64,000 bases of DNA from positions 17,987 to 81,986 of the forward strand of contig JAFSGU010000008.1 in the NCBI GenBank assembly GCA_017440665.1. The letters are read 5' to 3'. The first letter of the stretch is position 1, and each line of letters opens with the position of its first letter. The DNA comes from Clostridia bacterium (GTDB taxonomy: Bacteria; Bacillota; Clostridia; Oscillospirales; CAG-272). The notes beneath the pieces are model-generated. The model was not told the origin of the DNA, searched no databases, and was given only the letters and a program-made list of their open reading frames with translations. The translations under genes were made by a program, and so were the position numbers. Of the stretch, positions 8,438 to 16,157 are shown one piece after another.

Positions 8438-8472
8438 GACACCCCGGCCGTGATGAGGTCGGGGTGTTTTTA
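8438..8472 (+). terminator. Intrinsic terminator of the ORF-less transcription unit
   Basis: ACACCCCGGCC pairs with GGTCGGGGTGT in an 11-bp stem (one G-U pair) around the loop GTGATGA, followed by TTTTTAT. A-residues rather than a U-tract follow on the minus strand, so it is oriented for the plus strand. Confidence 0.85.
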
Positions 8473-8513
8473 TGCTTTCGTCCATCTTCAGCGTACTGTC
8501 TGCCGTCAATATG

Positions 8514-8550
8514 AAAAAGACGCGAACCCTGAATCGGTCCGCGTCTTTTG
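8514..8550 (-). terminator. Intrinsic terminator of the YidC-LtaS-like gene
   Basis: AAGACGCGAACC pairs with GGTCCGCGTCTT (one mismatch). On the minus strand it is followed by TTTTT, 4 nt after the stop at 8554. Confidence 0.75.
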
Positions 8551-8553
8551 AAT

Positions 8554-11362
8554 TTACTTTACTGTGGGAGCTACGTGCTCTTTCAGAACGACCCACGGAC
8601 GGTGAAGTACCCAATTCTCGGGATCGTATATATCGTCCTTTACGCTTGCCCAATATGATTCGTTGAAGGAGTTACCCTTGTGCGATGTGACGTCAAAGCT
8701 GCGGGAGATACAGATGAACTGATCGTGCGCTGTCTTTTCGTCGCTGTTTATGGGCTTTCCTGTAAAGGGATTTACGGGATCTTTGATAAGACCGCTCGCT
8801 GCCAGCGTGGGAACGTCTGCGTTTGTCATAAACTCATTTGACGTGACAAACTCACTGCTGCCGATCTCTTTTACCATAAGGAGGGGATAGTAAGCCTCTG
8901 TGTTTCTCAGGTCCTCGATGTGAGTCATCTCGTCCTCGTATTCGTCGAGCCAAAATCCTTCCAGATGGTTGATGTTCTGGCTTCCGTGGTCGGAAACAAG
9001 AATGATCTTGGTGTTGTCGTAGACGTTATTATCACGGAGGTAGTCAAACCAATCTGCAAGACGGAGAAGAGCTGATGTTAGCGTGGTAATGGAGCATCTG
9101 ATACTGCGTCTCAACCTTCAGCGTTACGCCGTCCACCGTGAATCTGTCAGCGTGTTCTGCGTCGTACTCCTCGTTGTCTACTACCTGAGAGGGTAAGTAG
9201 TCGGGGGTCTGCAGAAGGATGGGGTCATGGGTGGTATCGTTTGAGAGGAAGAGGAACGTGTTCTTTTTGTCGGATGATATTTTTGTCATCTGAGACATAT
9301 TGGCGAGCACGTTATAGGGATTCATGAAGATGGAGTCAAGGCCTGTCGCGTGGGAAAGATCCGTGCGCTCCTGACCTGCGTATTCTACGACTGCCGAGCT
9401 TGACTGCAGACGGTTGTAGGTTCCGTTGTCATAAACGAATCTCTGAAGAAGTGTGGGCATGGACTTCATAATGCCGAAGCAGAAGAAATTTCTGTGATTG
9501 CTGTCTATGGCTGACTGCTTCTGAACAGGATCACCGAAGACGCCCTTGGTGATGTATGCGTCAATATCGGGATACTCGTCGAATATGGAAAGATCGGGTA
9601 TCCATGAGTAGTTTGCATATGTGGGGTCGCATACCGTTACGTCAAAACCGTTTTCGGAGAACAATACCGGCATGACCTTCAGCGCCTCGTTATGCTTTGA
9701 GACAAGGGATTCTGTGTCTCTCTTGTTGATCTCAACGGGAGTGTACTCATATCCGCCCAGAAGTGCGGGGATCGCCATATTGGTCTTAGGCGCGAAGGAT
9801 ATCGTATTTTTGTAGTAGGTAAATCCTGCGAATCTTTCCGCAAGCTCAGGCTTTTCGGAGAAGATATAGGGTATATATTCACCCATTGCACGGTCAAGCA
9901 TTATGACCACCACGTTTTCACCCTCCGTGCTGAGGTCGAAGTTGGGAACTCCGTTTGACTTCATACTTTCTGCGGAGGTGAGGGTATTGACTGATGAAGT
10001 AATGGTGCTCACGTTGAGAACAGCCATGCCGAAAACTGCAACTGCCGCGGTCAAAAGCACCGTGGTGCAGACCTTCGTCCATTTCATGGAGATGAAGAGG
10101 AATACTGCGATGACTGCGATGATCACGAGAAGGTTGACAAGATGCTCCTTGCCTGAGAAGCTGAGTCCCGTTTCGTACTGAAGCTGAGCGGAAATGGTAC
10201 CGAGCTTTGTGCCGAAGAACATATAGTTTACGATGGAGACACCGCTGAGTATCCACATAAGTCTTGTGAAGAAGACCTTGCCGGCGGGATTTGCAAGCCA
10301 GTAGAACACGCCGAACCAGACGAGGAAGAAGCCCGCGCTCATGGCAGCAGTGCTTGCGATATACCACATGGGATTGTGGAAGTAGGTGACGTCGATGTAT
10401 TCAAGGGTAGATGCTGAGATATAAGCTGACGGGATGAGCACACCTACGAGGACTGTCATAAACACTCCGCCCAGGATGAACATTCCGGTGTTCGGACGGT
10501 ATTCCTTCTTCTTTGCGCACACACGTACCTTTGAACTGATAAGATTCAGTATCAGAGGAAGCATGAGAGCCGCACCCAGAAGTACGATGAAAGCCTTCTT
10601 TAAAACGGAAGCGTCAAAGAACACCGCACCGAATACAACACCCACGGCACCTACGGCAAAGGTGAGTATGCGAAGGACCTTCTGAGGATTCTTTATTTTG
10701 TAGAAAATGTTCTTTACAAGAGAGAAAACGTTATTGAGCGTCCAGTAGAATACAAGACCTGCGGGAGACGTCCAGAGGAAAACAAGGAAGAAAAGGGCGA
10801 TTCCGTAAAGCTGGAGCTTGGTCTTGAGCGGGAAGCCTTTCAGGTAGATGGCACTTGAGATAACGTTGATAAGTGTCATCAGCACAGGGAGCAGATTGAT
10901 GGCAAAGCCGCCGATGACGATAAGTCCGTCGGGCGAGCCAAGGTCTGCGATGGGACCGAATGACACACCGTTCAGTATGTCTAAGTGGGAGAGGAACTGA
11001 TATGCCGCCATAAAGAAGGGGATCTCCAACAGGAGCGACACCGAGCCGTTCAGCGATGACGTAGGCTTATAATTATTCTGCTTGTAGTACGCCTGAAGCA
11101 TCATCATTCGCTCGTCGCCGGTGAAGGTCTTTTTGATGTGGTCAACACCTGCCTTCAATCTGGCTTCGGTATCACGGGCCTCTTCCTGCATTGCATCCGC
11201 TCTTTTGTAAAGCGGAAGAACGAGGATGTTCATTGCAAGGCTCAAAAAGATTATGGCAAGTCCGGGGTTTGAGACGAATCTGTTGGCGATGCCGAAAATG
11301 ATCTCAAACACAAGCTTAAGCGGACCGATAAACAAGGTACTTAATATTGAAAGAATACTCAT
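8554..11362 (-). pseudogene. YidC/Oxa1 insertase domain fused to a polytopic membrane region and an LtaS/sulfatase-like domain, interrupted by a +1 frameshift near 9070-9076
   Basis: ORF 9044..11464 starts at MSILSILSTLF (11362, AAGGAGA RBS). Its N-terminal ~240 aa look like the YidC core (LPLYKRADAMQEE...PFFMAAYQFL...GLVFYWTLNNVFS), followed by further TM segments and VVVIMLDRAMGEY...FLFLSNDTTHDP. The same domain continues in ORF 8554..9114 (ALLRLADWFDYLRDNNVYDNTKIILVSDHG) in another frame. Joining them requires skipping 1 nt. Confidence 0.65.
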
Positions 11363-11504
11363 GCTTTTCTCCTTGGTGAAAAATATCGTAAGAGTATGCA
11401 GGTATTGCAAAAGCGTTCTTGCAACACCACTTATAATGATAACATATTTTGAAGAGAAAATCAAGGAGTTTGAGTAAAAAGAGAACTGTACGGAGTATGA
11501 TATA

Positions 11505-11547
11505 AGCGTCTGCTCTGCTTTGTAAAAAACAAAACAGGGCAGACGCT
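11505..11547 (-). terminator. Long hairpin downstream of spoIVA
   Basis: AGCGTCTGCTCTG pairs with CAGGGCAGACGCT (about 13 bp with one G-U). It lies 10 nt after the spoIVA stop. Confidence 0.55.
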
Positions 11548-11556
11548 TTGACTATT

Positions 11557-13050
11557 TTAAAGTAAGATACAGATAAGTCCCGAAGCTCCTTCGTTTATTA
11601 CTTTTGAAAGGGTTTCTCCGAAGCGCTCGCGGGCGTCCTCAGGCATATGCTCAAGCTTTGCATGCAGACCGTCGCTTACAAGCTCGTATATGGATCTGCC
11701 GAAAAGATTAGTGTTCCAAATGCTGTGGGGGTCTTCCTCAAATTCCGAGAGAAGTGAACGGACAAGCTCCTCGGACTGCTCTTCCGTGCCTACGATGGGG
11801 CTGAGCTCCGTTTCTATCTGTGCCTTTATCATGTGTATGGACGGGGCGGTGGCGCGGAGCTTTACTCCGTATCCTCCCGAATGCTTTACTATCTCGGGTT
11901 CGGCTAAAGTGAGGTCATCCATCCGTGGCATAACGATCCCGTAACCCTTGCTTTCCGCATCACGTACCGCCGAGGCAAATCTGTCGTAATCCTTTTTTGC
12001 CAGAGACAGGGACGTGAGATTTCTGACGATGTCGGACTCGTCGCTGATATCAAGACCCGACAGCTCCTGCAGAGTTTTATAAAACAGCTCCTTCGGTAGC
12101 TCCACGGAAAGGTATGCGTTGCCGTTACCCATGTTTACCTCACGGGTAGTGCACTCGCCCCCTCCGAGAGTCTCGCACAGGCTGTCTGTGAGTATCTTGC
12201 GCATACGCTTTACGTCTCCCATGCGGGATATCCCCGAAAGTGAGCTTTTCAGCATATCGGTAACACTTCGTCTGATAAGATGTCCGCTGTCAAGGGCTGA
12301 AGTCCAGCATGGCAGAGATACGCTTAATTCCTTTATTGGAAATTCCGTGATAAGCAGCTTCATTATCTCGCATACGTCTGCGCTGTCAAGCTCCTGGCAG
12401 TTGAGCAGAGCCACGGGGGCTGTGTATTTTCCTTCAAGCTCCAGCGCTAATGCCTCGGCTTCAGGGGTGTGGGGTTCGGCTGAATTTACCACTATCACAA
12501 ATGGCTTGCCAAGCTCCTGAAGCTCTCTGACGGTGCGGCTTTCGGCATCCACGTAGTTTTCACGCGGGATGTCACCCACGCTTCCGTCGCTTGTGACTAT
12601 GATCCCCACGGTGGAATGCTCTGCGATGACCTTTCTCGTTCCTATCTCCGCCGCCTCGTTAAAGGGAATGGGCTCGTGGCTCCACGGAGTATTGACCATT
12701 CTGACCTGTCCGTTTTCCGTGTCTCCGATAATGTCGGGGATTATGTAGCCTACGCAGTCGATGAGCTTTACCTTAGCCGTGTTTCCCTCGCCGAATGTGA
12801 CTTCCACGGCTTCGTCGGGGATAAACTTTGGCTCCGTTGTCATAACCGTCCTTCCGCCTGCGCTTTGGGGAAGCTCGTCAGCCGCACGGATGCGGTCCTT
12901 TTCGTTCCTGATACCGGGAAGGACGGTGCTTTCCATGAATTTTCTGATAAAGGTGGATTTGCCGCTCCTGACCGGACCTGTAACGCCTATGAAGATCTCG
13001 CCGTCCGTTCTGGTTGAAATATCCTTGTAAATACTCTGACTCTTTGTCAT
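11557..13050 (-). CDS. spoIVA: Stage IV sporulation protein A (spore coat morphogenetic ATPase)
   Basis: ORF 11557..13116. The start at MTKSQSIYKDISTRTDGEIFIGVTGPVRSGKSTFIRKF includes the Walker A motif. The rest is collinear with SpoIVA, ending GASGLICILL. Confidence 0.93.
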   Translation of the reverse strand: MTKSQSIYKDISTRTDGEIFIGVTGPVRSGKSTFIRKFMESTVLPGIRNEKDRIRAADELPQSAGGRTVMTTEPKFIPDEAVEVTFGEGNTAKVKLIDCVGYIIPDIIGDTENGQVRMVNTPWSHEPIPFNEAAEIGTRKVIAEHSTVGIIVTSDGSVGDIPRENYVDAESRTVRELQELGKPFVIVVNSAEPHTPEAEALALELEGKYTAPVALLNCQELDSADVCEIMKLLITEFPIKELSVSLPCWTSALDSGHLIRRSVTDMLKSSLSGISRMGDVKRMRKILTDSLCETLGGGECTTREVNMGNGNAYLSVELPKELFYKTLQELSGLDISDESDIVRNLTSLSLAKKDYDRFASAVRDAESKGYGIVMPRMDDLTLAEPEIVKHSGGYGVKLRATAPSIHMIKAQIETELSPIVGTEEQSEELVRSLLSEFEEDPHSIWNTNLFGRSIYELVSDGLHAKLEHMPEDARERFGETLSKVINEGASGLICILL

Positions 13051-13085
13051 ATCGGTGAATTCCTTTCCATGCTGAAGCTTGGTAA

Positions 13086-13112
13086 AGGATATGCGGGGAG
13101 TGAAAAAAATAT
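13086..13112 (-). promoter_or_regulatory. Sigma-E-like promoter upstream of spoIVA
   Basis: The minus strand reads ATATT (complement of 13108-13112), a 14-nt spacer, then CATATCCT (complement of 13086-13093). The B. subtilis sigma-E consensus is ATATT-N14-CATACAnT, and spoIVA is sigma-E dependent there. Confidence 0.45.
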
Positions 13113-13134
13113 GCACGGCGGATGCCGTGCATAT
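13103..13134 (-). terminator. Intrinsic terminator of the M32 carboxypeptidase gene
   Basis: ATATGCACGG (13109-13118) pairs with CCGTGCATAT (13125-13134), a perfect 10-bp stem. On the minus strand it is followed by T7. Confidence 0.8.
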
Positions 13135-13142
13135 TGGTAGCG

Positions 13143-14645
13143 TCAGATACCGTAGATATCGGAATACTTCTTTTCAAGATAATCGGTATAGAACGTGGGG
13201 TCGAAATCTGTTCCGAGAGCGTTCTTCAAAAGCTCGGAGGGCGTTTTCATGCAGCCGTGACGCCATATATTTTGGCGGTTCCACTCGTTAATGGCAGTGA
13301 AGTCGCCGCTTGCGAGGCAAGCATCAACGTCAACGGTCTTTCTCATCTCGGCGAGAAGCTGTGCGCCGTATGCACTTCCGAGAGCGTAAGAGGGGAAGTA
13401 GCCGATGCCGCCGCCGGACCAATGGCTGTCCTGAAGTACGCCGTGACGGTCGTCGGGAACGTCTACGCCCAAATATTCCTTGTAAAGTCTGTTCCACTCG
13501 GCAGGGAGATCGCACACCTTAAGCTCGTCTGTCATAACGCGGCGCTCAAGCTCGTAGCGGATCATTACGTGAAGACAATAGGTGACCTCGTCTGCCTCGG
13601 TGCGGATGAGAGAGGGGGTTACAAGATTCACCGCGCGGTAAAGATCCTCTGCGGTATATCCTCGGGTCTGCTCGGGGAAGCATTTTTGAACGGCGGGGAA
13701 GATGAAGCGGCAGAAGGGAAGGCTTCTTCCGATAAGATTCTCGTAAAAACGGCTCTGGCTTTCGTGGATACCCATCGAAACGCCGCCGTCAAGAACGGTG
13801 TATGCGAAGCTGTCATCTGAGTTCATGTCATAGAGGGCGTGTCCTCCCTCGTGGATGACGCTGTACATGGAATGGGTGAAGTTATCTTCCTTATAATTAG
13901 TGGTGATACGTACGTCGCGGTGTGAGCCGATGCTTGTGGTGAAGGGATGCTCTGTGGTACCGAGACCGCAAAGATCGGTGTCGATACCAATGGTGCGCAT
14001 CAGTTCATAAGAGAATTTTTCCTGCTCGTCTGCAGGGAAGGTGCCGTGTGCGATGGAGTCGTCTACCTGAGGTGCAGACGTGATCTTTGCAATGAGGGGA
14101 ACAAGACGGCTTCTGAGAGCGCTGAAAAACTCGTCGCATTTTTCACAGGTGAGACCCTCCTCGAACTTGTTAAGACAATAGTCGTAGGGCTTCATGTCGG
14201 GGGCGCAGTACTTAGCGAAACGCTTCTGCGTTGCAAATATCTCCTCAAGCACGGGTGCGAAAAGAGGAAAGTCGTTCGTTTCCTTCGCTCTGTGCCATAC
14301 GTCGTCGGCTTTTACGAGAAGCTCCTCGTATGCCACGTACTCGTTCATGGGGATCTGCTTCATCTCCTTGATGTCGCGGTACATAAGCTCCACTACGCGG
14401 CGGTCCTTTTCGCAAAGCGCTTCCTTTTCGCCGTCAAGCTCTTCGAGAAGACTTACCACCTCGTCGCTTGTGGAGATCTTGTAGCTTTCCTCGGAAAGTA
14501 TACCGAGAGCGTGAGCGCGGTTCTCCGCGGTCTTCTTAGGCGCAGTTGTAGCGCCGTCGTAGAAGATGAGGGACATAGCATGGCTATACGCGCTGAGGCG
14601 GGACTGCACGGCGTAAAGCTTTTCCATTTTTTCTGTCAGATTCAT
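13143..14645 (-). CDS. Carboxypeptidase, M32 family (Taq-like metallocarboxypeptidase)
   Basis: ORF 13143..14711. The start at MNLTEKMEKLY follows GAAAGGAAA. The protein has the HEGGHALY zinc motif, HESQSRFYEN, and IRTEADEVTY. Confidence 0.88.
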   Translation of the reverse strand: MNLTEKMEKLYAVQSRLSAYSHAMSLIFYDGATTAPKKTAENRAHALGILSEESYKISTSDEVVSLLEELDGEKEALCEKDRRVVELMYRDIKEMKQIPMNEYVAYEELLVKADDVWHRAKETNDFPLFAPVLEEIFATQKRFAKYCAPDMKPYDYCLNKFEEGLTCEKCDEFFSALRSRLVPLIAKITSAPQVDDSIAHGTFPADEQEKFSYELMRTIGIDTDLCGLGTTEHPFTTSIGSHRDVRITTNYKEDNFTHSMYSVIHEGGHALYDMNSDDSFAYTVLDGGVSMGIHESQSRFYENLIGRSLPFCRFIFPAVQKCFPEQTRGYTAEDLYRAVNLVTPSLIRTEADEVTYCLHVMIRYELERRVMTDELKVCDLPAEWNRLYKEYLGVDVPDDRHGVLQDSHWSGGGIGYFPSYALGSAYGAQLLAEMRKTVDVDACLASGDFTAINEWNRQNIWRHGCMKTPSELLKNALGTDFDPTFYTDYLEKKYSDIYGI

Positions 14646-14717
14646 TTGGTGTTTTTCCTTTCTGCAGTGAGTAGAATAAGGGTCTGCCGTATTAAGGCGA
14701 AAAACGTACAAATTACT

Positions 14718-14832
14718 GTAGGGACCGGCGTCACTGTTTGCAGAGCAAACAAAACGGTCCGTTTCGTTAGGTTAAGACTTACTATATGTCTTTGATCCTT
14801 CGCTACGGACCGTCGGGGACGCCGGTCCCTAC
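14718..14832. repeat. 115-nt nested inverted-repeat element (REP/MITE-like or structured RNA)
   Basis: The outer arms are a perfect 15-bp pair: GTAGGGACCGGCGTC (14718-14732) and GACGCCGGTCCCTAC (14818-14832). The inner pair is ACGGTCCGT (14754-14762) with ACGGACCGT (14805-14813). A local hairpin TGTTTGcagagCAAACA starts at 14735. Confidence 0.6.
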
Positions 14833-14890
14833 GTTTATTTGGCGTTTGACGATTATTCTTTTAAATACGACAATCCCTTAAAAAATCTGA

Positions 14891-16099
14891 TTAAAGCGCG
14901 GAAACGATAGCCTCTGTATCGGAAGCGATCATGAGCTCCTCGTTTGTGGGGATAAGGTAAACCTTAACCTTGGAGTCCTCTGTGGAGAGAACAACAACGT
15001 CGGACTGATGATGTGCGTTAGCATTTACCTCGGTGTCGATCTTGATGCCGAAGAACTCCAGGTCACGGCAAACTCTCTCTCTGAGCTCGGGGTTGTTCTC
15101 ACCCATACCTGCTGTCCAAACAACAGCGTCGAGACCGTTCATAGCGGCGGTGTAGGAACCGATGAACTTCTTGATCTGGTATGCAAGAGTTGTAGCTGCA
15201 AGCTCAGCTCTGTAGTTACCCTCGCGGATAGCAGCCTCGATGTCACGGCTGTCGGAGGAGATACCGGAGAGACCGAGGAAGCCGCACTTTTTGTTCATGT
15301 ACTCATCCATCTCAGCGGGAGTGTAGCCCTCCTTGTCCATGATGTAGGTAACGATAGCTGGGTCGATAGCGCCGCAGCGAGTACCCATAAGCACACCGTC
15401 AAGGGGAGTGAGACCCATGGATGTATCCATTACCTTGCCGCCCTTTACAGCGGAGATAGAGGAACCGTTACCGATGTGGCAGGTTACGATCTTGGTGTCC
15501 TCAGCAGGCTTGCCGAGAAGCTTGATGCACTCTCTTGTAACGTATCTGTGAGATGTACCGTGAGCACCGTAGCGGCGGATCTGATACTTCTCGTACATGT
15601 CGTAGGAAACACCGTAGGTGTATGCCTGAGCGGGCATTGTCTGATGGAAAGCGGTGTCGAATACGAGAACCTGAGGCTTCTCGGGCATTACTGCGAGACA
15701 GCCCTTGATACCCATGATGTGAGCGCCTGTGTGGAGGGGAGCAAAGCTGCGGCAAAGCTCCAGCTTCTCAAGAACCTCGTCTGTGAGGAGAACGGACTCA
15801 AAGAAGTAGGGACCACCGTGTACGACGCGGTGACCTACAGCCTCGATCTCGTTCATATCGGTGATAACACCGTGCTCGGGGCTTGTGAGGTATTCGATAA
15901 CGTACTTTGTAGCAACTGCGTGATCGGGCATGGGAAGCTCGACCTTAAGCTTTTCGCCGTCCTCACCCTTTCTGTGCTCCAGCTTACCGTCGATACCGAT
16001 TCTCTCGCAAATACCCTTAGCGAGTACGGATTCGGTAGCGGTGTCAAAAAGCTGATACTTGAGGGATGATGAACCTGCGTTTACAACAAGAACCTTCAT
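14891..16099 (-). CDS. ackA: Acetate kinase
   Basis: ORF 14891..16114. The start at MKVLVVNAGSSSLKYQLF follows GGAGA. HRVVHGG and EELMIA are conserved motifs. Confidence 0.95.
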   Translation of the reverse strand: MKVLVVNAGSSSLKYQLFDTATESVLAKGICERIGIDGKLEHRKGEDGEKLKVELPMPDHAVATKYVIEYLTSPEHGVITDMNEIEAVGHRVVHGGPYFFESVLLTDEVLEKLELCRSFAPLHTGAHIMGIKGCLAVMPEKPQVLVFDTAFHQTMPAQAYTYGVSYDMYEKYQIRRYGAHGTSHRYVTRECIKLLGKPAEDTKIVTCHIGNGSSISAVKGGKVMDTSMGLTPLDGVLMGTRCGAIDPAIVTYIMDKEGYTPAEMDEYMNKKCGFLGLSGISSDSRDIEAAIREGNYRAELAATTLAYQIKKFIGSYTAAMNGLDAVVWTAGMGENNPELRERVCRDLEFFGIKIDTEVNANAHHQSDVVVLSTEDSKVKVYLIPTNEELMIASDTEAIVSAL

Positions 16100-16157
16100 T
16101 TTAAAAGTCTCCATTCCGCCGATTTGGGATCGGCTTTATTAATTGAAAATTGAATAA

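Larger units (their letters stand above)
6910..8472 (+). ncRNA. Candidate large (~1.56 kb) non-coding or micro-ORF-only RNA of unknown family
   Basis: The unit is bounded by the consensus promoter and a plus-oriented intrinsic terminator. No plus-strand ORF appears in the >=60 aa track between them, and TAA/TAG/TGA are frequent in all plus frames. The region is A/G-rich: hand counts of two 60-nt lines give 58% and 67% purine. Local hairpins are numerous. The 5' end is inferred from the promoter and is not measured. Confidence 0.6.

Noticed and set aside
7401-8653. Minus-strand ORFs 7401..7616 (71 aa), 8238..8429 (63 aa) and 8345..8653 (102 aa) inside or abutting the ORF-less region.
   Set aside because: Their translations are low-complexity F/L/S/Y/I strings, as expected from the pyrimidine-rich complement of an A/G-rich sequence. 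They have no RBS. The last one runs through two terminators and into the end of the yidC-like gene.
9044-9114. Programmed ribosomal frameshift in the YidC-LtaS-like gene.
   Set aside because: There is no slippery heptamer, homopolymer or obvious stimulatory structure at the junction (…AACATCAGCTCTTCTCCG…). An indel, either genuine or a sequencing error, is the simpler explanation.
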